A stretch of DNA of 64,000 nt from Escherichia coli (GTDB taxonomy: Bacteria > Pseudomonadota > Gammaproteobacteria > Enterobacterales > Enterobacteriaceae): NCBI RefSeq assembly GCF_003334355.1, contig NZ_QOWP01000019.1. One strand, given 5' to 3'. The notes under the pieces are model-generated. The model worked only from the letters and a program-made list of their open reading frames with translations. It searched no databases and was not told the origin of the DNA. The translations under genes were made by a program, and so were the position numbers. Below, piece by piece: positions 22,480-35,539 of this stretch; position 1 is the stretch's first letter, and each line of letters begins with the position of its first letter.

Positions 22480-23844
22480 TTGATTACACATATTAGCCCG
22501 CTTGGCTCCATGGATATGTTGTCGCAGCTGGAAGTGGATATGCTTAAACGCACCGCCAGCAGCGACCTCTATCAACTGTTTCGCAACTGTTCACTTGCCG
22601 TACTGAACTCCGGTAGTTTGACCGATAACAGCAAAGAATTGCTGTCTCGTTTTGAAAATTTCGATATTAACGTCTTGCGCCGTGAACGCGGCGTAAAGCT
22701 GGAACTGATTAATCCCCCGGAAGAGGCTTTTGTCGATGGGCGAATTATTCGCGCTTTGCAGGCCAACTTGTTCGCGGTCCTGCGTGACATTCTCTTCGTT
22801 TACGGGCAAATCCATAACACCGTTCGTTTTCCCAACCTGAATCTCGACAACTCCGTCCACATCACTAACCTGGTCTTTTCCATCTTGCGTAACGCTCGCG
22901 CGCTGCATGTGGGTGAAGCGCCAAATATGGTGGTCTGCTGGGGCGGTCACTCAATTAACGAAAACGAGTATTTGTATGCCCGTCGCGTCGGAAACCAGCT
23001 GGGCCTGCGTGAGCTGAATATCTGCACCGGCTGTGGTCCGGGAGCGATGGAAGCGCCGATGAAAGGTGCTGCGGTCGGACACGCGCAGCAGCGTTACAAA
23101 GACAGTCGTTTTATTGGTATGACAGAGCCGTCGATTATCGCCGCTGAACCGCCTAACCCGCTGGTCAACGAATTGATCATCATGCCAGATATCGAAAAAC
23201 GTCTGGAAGCGTTTGTCCGTATCGCTCACGGTATCATTATCTTCCCTGGCGGTGTGGGTACGGCAGAAGAGTTGTTGTATTTGCTGGGAATTTTAATGAA
23301 CCCGGCCAACAAAGATCAGGTTTTACCATTGATCCTCACCGGCCCGAAAGAGAGCGCCGACTACTTCCGCGTACTGGACGAGTTTGTCGTACATACGCTG
23401 GGCGAAAACGCGCGCCGCCATTACCGCATCATCATTGATGACGCCGCTGAAGTCGCTCGTCAGATGAAAAAATCGATGCCGCTGGTGAAAGAAAATCGCC
23501 GCGACACTGGTGACGCTTACAGCTTTAACTGGTCAATGCGCATTGCACCAGATTTGCAAATGCCGTTTGAGCCGTCTCACGAGAATATGGCTAATCTGAA
23601 GCTTTACCCGGATCAACCTGTTGAAGTGCTGGCTGCCGACCTGCGCCGTGCGTTCTCCGGTATTGTGGCGGGTAACGTAAAAGAAGTCGGTATTCGCGCC
23701 ATTGAAGAGTTTGGTCCTTACAAAATCAACGGCGATAAAGAGATTATGCGTCGTATGGACGACCTGCTACAGGGTTTTGTTGCCCAGCATCGTATGAAGT
23801 TGCCAGGCTCAGCCTACATCCCTTGCTACGAAATCTGCACGTAA
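22480..23844 (+). CDS. ppnN: Nucleotide 5'-monophosphate nucleosidase (LOG family)
   Basis: 454-aa ORF with LOG-family PGGxGTxEE motif ([11 protein letters not shown]). Confidence 0.93.
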
Positions 23845-24400
23845 TCTCCCCTCCCCCGGTGACGTTTGTTGCCGGGTTTTCTCGTTTTTGGTCACTTACT
23901 CATCAACTCATTTCATTTGTTATATGAATGTTTCTTACCACCCTCACGCGACAAATATCATCACAGTTAATATGTCATACAATTTATATTGCAACGCAAA
24001 CGTTTCCCTATTTTCATAAACCGTATTTTATCGCTATGAAAAAGAAATTATCGCCATGATTAACTAAAAGTATTGATTTTTTCAGTTCAACCTACATATA
24101 TTGCGCGCCCCGGAAGAAGTCAGATGTCGTTTAATGGGCAAATATTGCCCTTAAATTCTCTTTTACTTTTAATTTACAGAGTAAAGCGTTGGGATAATCT
24201 ATCTTCCAAGTAGATTATTGTATTTGGGATCAAGATCACTGATAGATACATAACTTGTGTGTATCTTTCCGCCCTCAAATTATTACGGCGGTAAATGATT
24301 AAGCCATCGCCGATAGACAGATTTCATTTTTACGGTCAGGCACCTTCCCGGGCTGAACTGGCTAAAAGCTGAATTATTTGCATTCCTCCAGGAGAAATAG

Positions 24401-25690
24401 ATGGAAACGACTCAAACCAGCACGATTGCGTCGAAAGACTCTCGTAGTGCCTGGCGCAAGACAGACACCATGTGGATGCTGGGCCTTTACGGCACGGCAA
24501 TCGGCGCGGGCGTGCTGTTCCTGCCAATCAACGCCGGTGTTGGCGGTATGATCCCGCTGATCATCATGGCTATCCTTGCGTTCCCGATGACGTTTTTTGC
24601 TCACCGCGGCCTGACTCGCTTCGTACTGTCTGGTAAAAACCCGGGCGAAGACATCACCGAGGTTGTAGAAGAACACTTTGGTATTGGCGCAGGTAAACTG
24701 ATTACCCTGCTCTACTTCTTCGCTATCTACCCGATCCTGCTGGTTTATAGCGTGGCAATCACCAATACCGTTGAAAGCTTCATGTCTCACCAGCTGGGTA
24801 TGACGCCACCGCCGCGTGCGATTCTGTCGCTGATCCTGATCGTGGGTATGATGACCATCGTTCGCTTCGGTGAGCAGATGATCGTTAAAGCGATGAGTAT
24901 TCTGGTATTCCCGTTTGTTGGCGTACTGATGCTGCTGGCTCTGTACCTGATCCCGCAGTGGAACGGCGCTGCACTGGAAACGCTGTCTCTGGACACTGCA
25001 TCTGCAACCGGAAACGGTCTGTGGATGACCCTGTGGCTGGCAATTCCGGTAATGGTGTTCTCGTTCAACCACTCTCCGATCATCTCTTCTTTCGCCGTTG
25101 CGAAGCGTGAAGAGTACGGCGATATGGCAGAACAGAAATGCTCGAAGATCCTGGCATTCGCACACATCATGATGGTGCTGACCGTAATGTTCTTCGTCTT
25201 CAGCTGTGTACTGAGCCTGACTCCGGCAGACCTGGCTGCGGCTAAAGAGCAGAACATCTCGATTCTGTCTTACCTGGCTAACCACTTTAACGCACCGGTT
25301 ATCGCGTGGATGGCTCCGATTATCGCGATTATCGCTATCACCAAATCCTTCCTCGGTCACTACCTGGGCGCACGTGAAGGCTTCAACGGTATGGTGATTA
25401 AATCTCTGCGTGGTAAAGGTAAGTCTATCGAAATCAACAAGCTGAACCGTATCACTGCGCTGTTCATGCTGGTAACGACCTGGATTGTTGCCACCCTGAA
25501 CCCGAGCATCCTGGGTATGATTGAAACCCTGGGCGGTCCAATCATCGCGATGATCCTGTTCCTGATGCCGATGTACGCAATTCAGAAAGTACCGGCAATG
25601 CGTAAGTACAGCGGTCACATCAGCAACGTATTCGTTGTCGTGATGGGTCTGATTGCAATCTCCGCAATCTTCTACTCTCTGTTCAGCTAA
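24401..25690 (+). CDS. sdaC: Serine:H+ symporter
   Basis: 429-aa polytopic membrane [49 protein letters not shown]. Confidence 0.96.
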   Translation: METTQTSTIASKDSRSAWRKTDTMWMLGLYGTAIGAGVLFLPINAGVGGMIPLIIMAILAFPMTFFAHRGLTRFVLSGKNPGEDITEVVEEHFGIGAGKLITLLYFFAIYPILLVYSVAITNTVESFMSHQLGMTPPPRAILSLILIVGMMTIVRFGEQMIVKAMSILVFPFVGVLMLLALYLIPQWNGAALETLSLDTASATGNGLWMTLWLAIPVMVFSFNHSPIISSFAVAKREEYGDMAEQKCSKILAFAHIMMVLTVMFFVFSCVLSLTPADLAAAKEQNISILSYLANHFNAPVIAWMAPIIAIIAITKSFLGHYLGAREGFNGMVIKSLRGKGKSIEINKLNRITALFMLVTTWIVATLNPSILGMIETLGGPIIAMILFLMPMYAIQKVPAMRKYSGHISNVFVVVMGLIAISAIFYSLFS

Positions 25691-25747
25691 GTCCTTTCGC
25701 GCCGCTTTCGGGCGGCGCTTCCTCCGTTTTAACGCGATGTATTTCCT

Positions 25748-27115
25748 ATGATTAGCGTATTCGATATTTTCAAAATCGGCATTGGCCCTTCCAGTTCTCA
25801 TACCGTTGGACCAATGAAAGCGGGTAAACAATTTACCGACGATCTGATTGCCCGTAACCTGCTTAAAGACGTGACCCGCGTGGTGGTTGACGTGTACGGC
25901 TCGCTCTCTCTGACCGGTAAAGGCCACCACACTGATATCGCCATTATTATGGGCCTGGCGGGTAACCTGCCGGATACCGTGGATATCGATTCCATCCCTG
26001 GTTTTATTCAGGATGTGAATACTCATGGTCGCCTGATGCTGGCAAACGGTCAGCATGAAGTGGAGTTCCCGGTTGATCAGTGCATGAACTTCCATGCAGA
26101 CAACCTTTCTCTGCATGAAAACGGTATGCGCATTACCGCGCTGGCGGGCGATAAAGTCGTTTACAGCCAGACTTACTACTCTATTGGCGGTGGCTTTATC
26201 GTTGATGAAGAGCATTTTGGCCAGCAGAATAGCGCACCGGTTGAAGTTCCTTATCCGTACAGTTCAGCAGCCGATCTGCAAAAACATTGTCAGGAAACCG
26301 GGCTGTCACTCTCTGGCCTGATGATGAAAAATGAGCTGGCGCTGCACAGCAAAGAAGAGCTGGAACAGCACCTGGCGAACGTCTGGGAAGTCATGCGCGG
26401 CGGTATTGAGCGCGGTATTTCTACCGAAGGCGTGTTGCCTGGCAAACTGCGCGTACCACGCCGTGCTGCGGCACTACGCCGGATGCTGGTCAGCCAGGAT
26501 AAAACCACCACTGACCCGATGGCGGTTGTTGACTGGATCAACATGTTTGCACTGGCAGTGAACGAAGAGAACGCCGCTGGCGGTCGCGTGGTGACTGCGC
26601 CGACTAACGGTGCGTGCGGGATTATCCCGGCTGTGCTGGCGTACTACGATAAGTTTATCCGCGAAGTGAACGCTAACTCACTGGCTCGTTACCTGCTGGT
26701 AGCCAGCGCCATTGGTTCTCTTTATAAGATGAACGCGTCAATTTCTGGTGCTGAAGTCGGCTGCCAGGGTGAAGTTGGTGTGGCGTGCTCAATGGCGGCG
26801 GCTGGTCTGGCAGAACTGTTAGGTGCAAGCCCGGCGCAGGTGTGCATCGCGGCGGAAATCGCCATGGAGCACAACCTCGGTCTGACGTGTGACCCGGTCG
26901 CCGGACAGGTCCAGGTGCCATGCATCGAGCGTAACGCCATTGCGGCAGTAAAAGCGGTGAACGCCGCACGTATGGCGCTACGCCGTACCAGCGAGCCGCG
27001 CGTCTGCCTCGATAAAGTTATCGAAACCATGTACGAAACAGGTAAAGATATGAACGCCAAGTACCGCGAAACCTCTCGCGGCGGCCTGGCAATGAAGATC
27101 GTTGCCTGCGATTAA
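25748..27115 (+). CDS. sdaB: L-serine deaminase II
   Basis: 455-aa ORF MISVFDIFKIGIGPSSSHTVGPMKAG, Fe-S L-serine dehydratase. Confidence 0.97.
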   Translation: MISVFDIFKIGIGPSSSHTVGPMKAGKQFTDDLIARNLLKDVTRVVVDVYGSLSLTGKGHHTDIAIIMGLAGNLPDTVDIDSIPGFIQDVNTHGRLMLANGQHEVEFPVDQCMNFHADNLSLHENGMRITALAGDKVVYSQTYYSIGGGFIVDEEHFGQQNSAPVEVPYPYSSAADLQKHCQETGLSLSGLMMKNELALHSKEELEQHLANVWEVMRGGIERGISTEGVLPGKLRVPRRAAALRRMLVSQDKTTTDPMAVVDWINMFALAVNEENAAGGRVVTAPTNGACGIIPAVLAYYDKFIREVNANSLARYLLVASAIGSLYKMNASISGAEVGCQGEVGVACSMAAAGLAELLGASPAQVCIAAEIAMEHNLGLTCDPVAGQVQVPCIERNAIAAVKAVNAARMALRRTSEPRVCLDKVIETMYETGKDMNAKYRETSRGGLAMKIVACD

Positions 27116-27982
<867 letters not shown>

Positions 27983-27987
27983 CGGCG

Positions 27988-28020
27988 AGCCGGATACGCC
28001 GCAAACGTCGTATCCGGCAT
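27988..28020. repeat. REP-like palindrome
   Basis: gagccggatacgccgcaaacgtcgtatccggcat between convergent xni and fucO. Confidence 0.7.
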
Positions 28021-28036
28021 TATCACATCAGCGCAT

Positions 28037-29188
28037 TTACCAGGCGGTATGGTAAAGCTCTACAATATCCTCAAGCGTTGCTTCACGCGGGTTGCCACCG
28101 GTACAAACATCATCCAGTGCCGCCTGCGCCAGTGCCGGAATGTCTTCCTTGCGTACACCAACATCACGCAAATGTGGCGGAATACCGACATCACGGTTGA
28201 GAGCAAACACCGCTTCAACAGCGGCATTACGCGCCTCTTCCAGGCTCATACCTTCCACTTTCACGCCCATAACGCGCGCGATATCGCGGTACTTCTCACC
28301 GGTAAAGTCAGCGTTATAACGCATGACATGCGGTAACAGGATGGCGTTCGCAACACCGTGTGGAGTGTTATAAAACGCGCCCAGTGGATGCGCCATACCA
28401 TGCACCAACCCTAACCCAACATTCGAGAAGCCCATACCCGCAACATACTGCCCGAGCGCCATTTCTTCTCCGGCATCCTTATCACCAGCAACCGATCCTC
28501 GCAGCGCCCCAGCAATGATTTCAATCGCTTTAATGTGCAGTGCATCGGTTAGCGCCCACGCGCCACGGGTAATATACCCCTCAATAGCATGAGTGAGCGC
28601 ATCGACACCCGTCGCAGCTTTCAGCGCTGGAGGCATACCATCCATCATGTCAGCGTCAATAAACGCCACCTGCGGGATATCATGCGGATCAACGCAAACA
28701 AACTTGCGCCGTTTCTCTTCGTCAGTGATCACGTAGTTAATGGTCACTTCTGCCGCAGTACCTGCTGTGGTAGGAATTGCCAGAATCGGTACACTGGGTT
28801 TATTGGTCGGGGAAAGCCCTTCCAGGCTACGCACATCGGCAAACTCCGGGTTGTTGCTGATAATGCCAATCGCTTTACAAGTATCCTGTGGAGAACCACC
28901 ACCAATAGCGATCAGGTAATCCGCGCCGCTATTCTGGAATACACCGAGCCCTTCTTTGACGACAGTAATTGTTGGGTTGGGCACTACGCCGTCGTAAATC
29001 GCCCATGCCAGCCCTGCAGCATCCATCTTATCGGTCACTTTCGCCACCACGCCGCATTGCACCAGCGTTTTATCGGTGACGATCAGCGCCTTCTGATAAC
29101 CACGGCGTTTCACCTCATCGGTTAAAGCCCCAACAGCACCCCGACCAAACCATGCCGTTTCGTTCAGAATCATTCTGTTAGCCATCAT
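28037..29188 (-). CDS. fucO: L-1,2-propanediol oxidoreductase (lactaldehyde reductase)
   Basis: 383-aa ORF MMANRMILNETAWFGRGAVGAL, Fe-dependent alcohol dehydrogenase family; start may be the second Met. Confidence 0.96.
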   Translation of the reverse strand: MMANRMILNETAWFGRGAVGALTDEVKRRGYQKALIVTDKTLVQCGVVAKVTDKMDAAGLAWAIYDGVVPNPTITVVKEGLGVFQNSGADYLIAIGGGSPQDTCKAIGIISNNPEFADVRSLEGLSPTNKPSVPILAIPTTAGTAAEVTINYVITDEEKRRKFVCVDPHDIPQVAFIDADMMDGMPPALKAATGVDALTHAIEGYITRGAWALTDALHIKAIEIIAGALRGSVAGDKDAGEEMALGQYVAGMGFSNVGLGLVHGMAHPLGAFYNTPHGVANAILLPHVMRYNADFTGEKYRDIARVMGVKVEGMSLEEARNAAVEAVFALNRDVGIPPHLRDVGVRKEDIPALAQAALDDVCTGGNPREATLEDIVELYHTAW

Positions 29189-29212
29189 CCTTCTCCTTGT
29201 TGCTTTACGAAA

Positions 29213-29860
29213 TTACTCTTCAATCCGTAACCCATAGGTTTTGAATTTCTCCAGCACTACGGCAATCTCTTCATCGCTCAGCACTGGCACCGGGTCCGTA
29301 ATCGCCAGGGTCGTCAGGTAAAGTTGCGCCAGCACTTCAACTTCATGCGCCAGCCATAACGCTTTTTCCAGATTCACCTCACAAGCGATAAGCCCATGAT
29401 GTTGTAACAAAGTTGCCTTACGATTTTTGAGAGCCAGCGCAACATGTTCAGAAAGTTCGCGTGTTCCAAAGGTCGCATAAGGCGCGCAAGGAATAGAATT
29501 ACCACCTGCCGCCGCAATCATGTAGTGAATAGCGGGGATCGGTCGGTTAAGAATGGAAACTGCTGTGCAATGAACGGCATGATTGTGAACAACCGCGTTG
29601 GCATCCGGTCTGCTTTGATAGGCCGCCATATGGAAACGCCATTCGCTTGAGGGGAGCTTTCCTTCCTCATGTTTACCGTTGCCATCAATAAAGACAATAT
29701 GCGACTCCGTCAGTTTTTCATATGGAATGCCTGTAGGCGTAATCAGCATCCCATCCTGATAACGTACACTGACGTTCCCCGCTGTCCCCTGGTTCAGTCC
29801 CAGGCGGGTCATTTCCAGGCAAGTGTCAATAATCTGACGAGCAAGTTTATTTCGTTCCAT
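29213..29860 (-). CDS. fucA: L-fuculose-phosphate aldolase
   Basis: 215-aa ORF MERNKLARQIIDTCLEMTRLGLNQGTAGNVSVRY, class II aldolase. Confidence 0.97.
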   Translation of the reverse strand: MERNKLARQIIDTCLEMTRLGLNQGTAGNVSVRYQDGMLITPTGIPYEKLTESHIVFIDGNGKHEEGKLPSSEWRFHMAAYQSRPDANAVVHNHAVHCTAVSILNRPIPAIHYMIAAAGGNSIPCAPYATFGTRELSEHVALALKNRKATLLQHHGLIACEVNLEKALWLAHEVEVLAQLYLTTLAITDPVPVLSDEEIAVVLEKFKTYGLRIEE

Positions 29861-30406
29861 TAGCTACCTCTCTCTGATTCAAAACAGGGCAATAATGTTG
29901 TTCCTTTCACACTATTGAATTAGCCGTTTAATTACCCACCATCTTCTTCCTGATTAACCAGAAAGAAATTCACAAGCTTATATTTTGTGACATGGTTCAA
30001 CTAATCACAGTAAATAACTGCAAGTTCTCTTTTTATAACCCCATTAAAAATGACCGCTCTTAAAAATATTTATCAAAACGGTCATTTTTCTATTCACCCA
30101 AGCCAGGAATGCCCGTTTTCGGCATAAACAATTAATACGGTCATCTGGTTTGTGTTTTTTATGATTTATTTTCTGAAACGGGCATGAAATTTCGATTATT
30201 AAAGTGATGGTAGTCACATAAAGTCACCTTCCAGCTAATAAGTGTGACCGCCGTCATATTACAGAGCGTTTTTTATTTGAAAATGAATCCATGAGTTCAT
30301 TTCAGACAGGCAAATATTCACTGATATGAAGCCCGAACTCGCTGGTTTTGCACTTTTGAAAACATAACCGATTACGTGCTTAAGCTTCTGAACCTAAGAG
30401 GATGCT
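29861..30406. promoter_or_regulatory. Divergent fucAO / fucPIKUR control region
   Basis: 546-bp AT-rich intergenic region between divergently oriented fucA and fucP; individual sites not resolved. Confidence 0.6.
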
Positions 30407-31723
30407 ATGGGAAACACATCAATACAAACGCAGAGTTACCGTGCGGTAGATAAAGATGCAGGGCAAAGCAGAAGTTACATTATTCCATTCGCGCTGCTGT
30501 GCTCACTGTTTTTTCTTTGGGCGGTAGCCAATAACCTTAACGACATTTTATTACCTCAATTCCAGCAGGCTTTTACGCTGACAAATTTCCAGGCTGGCCT
30601 GATCCAATCGGCCTTTTACTTTGGTTATTTCATTATCCCAATCCCTGCTGGGATATTGATGAAAAAACTCAGTTATAAAGCAGGGATTATTACCGGATTA
30701 TTTTTATATGCCTTGGGCGCTGCATTATTCTGGCCCGCTGCAGAAATAATGAACTACACCTTATTTTTAGTTGGCCTATTTATTATTGCAGCCGGATTAG
30801 GTTGTCTGGAAACTGCCGCAAACCCTTTTGTTACGGTATTAGGGCCAGAAAGCAGTGGTCACTTCCGCTTAAATCTTGCGCAAACATTTAACTCGTTTGG
30901 CGCAATTATCGCGGTTGTCTTTGGGCAAAGTCTTATTTTGTCTAACGTGCCACATCAATCGCAAGACGTTCTCGATAAAATGTCTCCAGAGCAATTGAGT
31001 GCGTATAAACACAGCCTGGTATTATCGGTACAGACACCTTATATGATCATCGTGGCTATCGTGTTACTGGTCGCCCTGCTGATCATGCTGACGAAATTCC
31101 CGGCATTGCAGAGTGATAATCACAGTGACGCCAAACAAGGATCGTTCTCCGCATCGCTTTCTCGTCTGGCGCGTATTCGTCACTGGCGCTGGGCGGTATT
31201 AGCGCAATTCTGCTATGTCGGCGCACAAACGGCCTGCTGGAGCTATTTGATTCGCTACGCTGTAGAAGAAATTCCAGGTATGACTGCCGGCTTTGCCGCT
31301 AACTATTTAACCGGAACCATGGTGTGCTTCTTTATTGGTCGTTTCACCGGTACCTGGCTCATCAGTCGCTTCGCACCACACAAAGTCCTGGCCGCCTACG
31401 CATTAATCGCTATGGCACTGTGCCTGATCTCAGCCTTCGCTGGCGGTCATGTGGGCTTAATAGCCCTGACTTTATGCAGCGCCTTTATGTCGATTCAGTA
31501 CCCAACAATCTTCTCGCTGGGCATTAAGAATCTCGGCCAGGACACCAAATACGGTTCGTCCTTCATCGTTATGACCATTATTGGCGGCGGTATTGTCACT
31601 CCGGTCATGGGTTTTGTCAGTGACGCGGCGGGCAACATCCCCACTGCTGAACTGATCCCCGCACTCTGCTTCGCGGTCATCTTTATCTTTGCCCGTTTCC
31701 GTTCTCAAACGGCAACTAACTGA
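30407..31723 (+). CDS. fucP: L-fucose:H+ symporter
   Basis: 438-aa MFS ORF MGNTSIQTQSYRAVDKDAGQSRSYIIPFALLCSLFFLWAVANNLNDILLPQFQ. Confidence 0.97.
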   Translation: MGNTSIQTQSYRAVDKDAGQSRSYIIPFALLCSLFFLWAVANNLNDILLPQFQQAFTLTNFQAGLIQSAFYFGYFIIPIPAGILMKKLSYKAGIITGLFLYALGAALFWPAAEIMNYTLFLVGLFIIAAGLGCLETAANPFVTVLGPESSGHFRLNLAQTFNSFGAIIAVVFGQSLILSNVPHQSQDVLDKMSPEQLSAYKHSLVLSVQTPYMIIVAIVLLVALLIMLTKFPALQSDNHSDAKQGSFSASLSRLARIRHWRWAVLAQFCYVGAQTACWSYLIRYAVEEIPGMTAGFAANYLTGTMVCFFIGRFTGTWLISRFAPHKVLAAYALIAMALCLISAFAGGHVGLIALTLCSAFMSIQYPTIFSLGIKNLGQDTKYGSSFIVMTIIGGGIVTPVMGFVSDAAGNIPTAELIPALCFAVIFIFARFRSQTATN

Positions 31724-31755
31724 ACATATTTTCCGAATAAAGTGAGGAATCTGTA

Positions 31756-33531
31756 ATGAAAAAAATCAGCTTACCGAAAATTGGTATCCGCCCGGTTATT
31801 GACGGTCGTCGCATGGGTGTTCGTGAGTCGCTTGAAGAACAAACAATGAATATGGCGAAAGCTACGGCCGCACTGCTGACCGAGAAACTGCGCCATGCCT
31901 GCGGAGCTGCCGTCGAGTGTGTCATTTCCGATACCTGTATCGCGGGTATGGCTGAAGCCGCTGCTTGCGAAGAAAAATTCAGCAGCCAGAATGTAGGCCT
32001 CACCATTACGGTAACGCCTTGCTGGTGCTATGGCAGTGAAACCATCGACATGGATCCAACCCGCCCGAAAGCCATTTGGGGCTTTAACGGCACTGAACGT
32101 CCCGGCGCTGTTTACCTGGCAGCGGCTCTGGCAGCTCACAGCCAGAAAGGCATCCCGGCATTCTCCATTTACGGTCATGACGTTCAGGATGCCGATGACA
32201 CATCGATTCCTGCCGATGTTGAAGAAAAACTGCTGCGCTTTGCCCGCGCCGGTTTGGCCGTCGCCAGCATGAAAGGTAAAAGCTATCTGTCGCTGGGCGG
32301 CGTTTCGATGGGTATCGCCGGTTCCATCGTTGATCACAACTTCTTTGAATCCTGGCTGGGAATGAAAGTCCAGGCGGTGGATATGACCGAACTGCGTCGC
32401 CGTATCGATCAGAAGATTTACGACGAAGCCGAACTGGAAATGGCACTGGCCTGGGCTGATAAAAACTTCCGCTATGGCGAAGATGAAAATAACAAACAGT
32501 ATCAACGCAATGCCGAGCAAAGCCGCGCAGTTCTGCGCGAAAGTTTACTGATGGCGATGTGTATCCGCGACATGATGCAAGGCAACAGCAAACTGGCCGA
32601 TATTGGTCGCGTGGAAGAATCACTTGGCTACAACGCCATCGCTGCGGGCTTCCAGGGGCAACGTCACTGGACCGATCAATATCCCAATGGTGACACCGCC
32701 GAAGCGATCCTCAACAGTTCATTTGACTGGAATGGCGTGCGCGAACCCTTTGTCGTGGCGACCGAAAACGACAGTCTTAACGGCGTGGCAATGCTAATGG
32801 GTCACCAGCTCACCGGCACCGCTCAGGTATTTGCCGATGTGCGTACCTACTGGTCACCAGAAGCAATTGAGCGTGTAACGGGGCATAAACTCGATGGACT
32901 GGCAGAACACGGCATCATCCATTTGATCAACTCAGGTTCTGCTGCGCTGGACGGTTCCTGTAAACAACGCGACAGCGAAGGTAACCCGACGATGAAGCCG
33001 CACTGGGAAATCTCTCAGCAAGAGGCTGACGCTTGCCTCGCCGCTACCGAATGGTGCCCGGCGATCCACGAATACTTCCGTGGCGGCGGTTACTCTTCCC
33101 GCTTCCTTACCGAAGGCGGCGTCCCGTTCACCATGACTCGTGTCAACATCATCAAAGGCCTGGGACCGGTACTGCAAATCGCGGAAGGCTGGAGCGTGGA
33201 ATTGCCGAAGGATGTGCATGACATCCTCAACAAACGCACCAACTCAACCTGGCCAACCACCTGGTTTGCACCGCGCCTCACCGGTAAAGGGCCGTTTACG
33301 GATGTGTACTCGGTAATGGCGAACTGGGGCGCTAACCATGGGGTTCTGACCATCGGCCACGTTGGCGCTGACTTTATCACTCTCGCCTCCATGCTGCGTA
33401 TCCCGGTATGTATGCACAACGTTGAAGAGACCAAAGTGTATCGTCCTTCTGCCTGGGCTGCGCACGGCATGGATATTGAAGGCCAGGATTACCGCGCTTG
33501 CCAGAACTACGGCCCGTTGTACAAGCGTTAA
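31756..33531 (+). CDS. fucI: L-fucose isomerase
   Basis: 591-aa [44 protein letters not shown]. Confidence 0.98.
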   Translation: MKKISLPKIGIRPVIDGRRMGVRESLEEQTMNMAKATAALLTEKLRHACGAAVECVISDTCIAGMAEAAACEEKFSSQNVGLTITVTPCWCYGSETIDMDPTRPKAIWGFNGTERPGAVYLAAALAAHSQKGIPAFSIYGHDVQDADDTSIPADVEEKLLRFARAGLAVASMKGKSYLSLGGVSMGIAGSIVDHNFFESWLGMKVQAVDMTELRRRIDQKIYDEAELEMALAWADKNFRYGEDENNKQYQRNAEQSRAVLRESLLMAMCIRDMMQGNSKLADIGRVEESLGYNAIAAGFQGQRHWTDQYPNGDTAEAILNSSFDWNGVREPFVVATENDSLNGVAMLMGHQLTGTAQVFADVRTYWSPEAIERVTGHKLDGLAEHGIIHLINSGSAALDGSCKQRDSEGNPTMKPHWEISQQEADACLAATEWCPAIHEYFRGGGYSSRFLTEGGVPFTMTRVNIIKGLGPVLQIAEGWSVELPKDVHDILNKRTNSTWPTTWFAPRLTGKGPFTDVYSVMANWGANHGVLTIGHVGADFITLASMLRIPVCMHNVEETKVYRPSAWAAHGMDIEGQDYRACQNYGPLYKR

Positions 33532-33549
33532 TACATTACTCCCTGATGT

Positions 33550-33625
33550 GATGCCCGGTCGCTCCGGCTACCGGGCCTGAACAAGCAAGAGTGGTTAGCC
33601 GGATAAGCAATGTTATCCGGCTATA
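33550..33625. repeat. Pair of REP-like palindromes
   Basis: gcccggtcgctccggctaccgggc and agccggataagcaatgttatccggct between fucI and fucK. Confidence 0.6.
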
Positions 33626-33639
33626 TTGCAGGAGCGATT

Positions 33640-35058
33640 ATGAAACAAGAAGTTATCCTGGTACTCGACTGTGGCGCGACCAATGTCAGGGCCATCGCGG
33701 TTAATCGGCAGGGAAAAATTGTTGCCCGCGCCTCAACGCCTAATGCCAGCGATATCGCGATGGAAAACAACACCTGGCACCAGTGGTCTTTAGACGCCAT
33801 TTTGCAACGCTTTGCTGATTGCTGTCGGCAAATCAATAGTGAACTGACTGAATGCCACATCCGCGGTATCGCCGTCACCACCTTTGGTGTGGATGGCGCT
33901 CTGGTAGATAAGCAAGGCAATCTGCTCTATCCGATCATTAGCTGGAAATGTCCGCGAACAGCAGCGGTTATGGACAATATTGAACAGTTGATCTCCGCAC
34001 AGCGGTTGCAGGCTATTTCTGGCGTCGGAGCCTTTAGTTTCAATACGTTATATAAGTTGGTGTGGTTGAAAGAAAATCATCCACAACTGCTGGAACGCGC
34101 GCACGCCTGGCTCTTTATTTCGTCGCTGATTAACCACCGTTTAACCGGCGAATTCACTACTGATATCACGATGGCCGGAACCAGCCAGATGCTGGATATC
34201 CAGCAACGCGATTTCAGTCCGCAAATTTTACAAGCCACCGGTATTCCACGCCGACTCTTCCCTCGTCTGGTGGAAGCGGGTGAACAGATTGGTACGCTAC
34301 AGAACAGCGCCGCAGCAATGCTCGGCTTACCCGTTGGCATACCGGTGATTTCCGCAGGTCACGATACCCAGTTCGCCCTTTTTGGCGCTGGTGCCGACCA
34401 AAATGAACCCGTGCTCTCTTCCGGTACATGGGAAATTTTAATGGTCCGTAGCGCCCAGGTTGATACTTCGCTGTTAAGTCAGTACGCCGGTTCCACCTGC
34501 GAACTGGATAGCCAGGCAGGGTTGTATAACCCAGGTATGCAATGGCTGGCATCCGGCGTGCTGGAATGGGTGAGAAAACTGTTCTGGACGGCTGAAACAC
34601 CCTGGCAAATGTTGATTGAAGAGGCTCGTCTGATCGCGCCTGGCGCGGATGGCGTAAAAATGCAGTGTGATTTATTGTCGTGTCAGAACGCTGGCTGGCA
34701 AGGAGTGACGCTTAATACCACGCGGGGGCATTTCTATCGCGCGGCGCTGGAAGGGTTAACCGCGCAATTACAGCGCAATCTACAGATGCTGGAAAAAATC
34801 GGGCACTTTAAAGCCTCTGAATTATTGTTAGTCGGCGGAGGAAGTCGCAACACATTGTGGAATCAGATTAAAGCCAATATGCTTGATATTCCGGTAAAAG
34901 TTCTCGACGACGCCGAAACGACCGTCGCAGGAGCTGCGCTGTTCGGTTGGTATGGCATAGGGGAATTTAACAGCCCGGAAGAAGCCCGCGCGCAGATTCA
35001 TTATCAGTACCGTTATTTCTACCCGCAAACTGAACCTGAATTTATAGAGGAAGTGTGA
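33640..35058 (+). CDS. fucK: L-fuculokinase
   Basis: ORF 33610..35058; FGGY kinase from [21 protein letters not shown] with ggag SD at 33631. Confidence 0.95.
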
Positions 35059-35059
35059 A

Positions 35060-35482
35060 ATGCTGAAAACAATTTCGCCGTTAATTTCTCCCGAACTATT
35101 GAAAGTGCTGGCAGAGATGGGACATGGAGATGAAATTATTTTTTCCGATGCTCACTTTCCCGCCCATTCGATGGGACCGCAGGTGATCCGCGCTGATGGC
35201 CTGTTGGTGAGCGACTTGCTCCAGGCGATTATCCCGTTATTTGAACTGGACAGTTATGCACCGCCGCTGGTGATGATGGCAGCGGTAGAAGGTGACACTC
35301 TCGATCCTGAAGTAGAACGACGTTACCGTAATGCGCTTTCACTACAAGCCCCGTGTCCTGACATCATCCGCATCAATCGTTTTGCGTTTTATGAACGGGC
35401 GCAAAAAGCCTTTGCGATCGTTATCACAGGCGAACGAGCGAAGTACGGGAATATTCTTTTAAAAAAAGGGGTAACACCGTAA
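35060..35482 (+). CDS. fucU: L-fucose mutarotase
   Basis: 140-aa [37 protein letters not shown], RbsD/FucU family. Confidence 0.96.
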
Positions 35483-35539
35483 TCTCATACCGGTACGCCC
35501 GCATGACGCGGGCGGTTATCGAATGATGGGGTGAAAAAT

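Noticed and set aside
24374-26215. 613-aa ORF on the - strand spanning sdaC and sdaB
   Set aside because: Antisense to two recognised genes and crossing their intergenic spacer; the product is extremely rich in His, Arg, Gln and Asp with no domain-like pattern.
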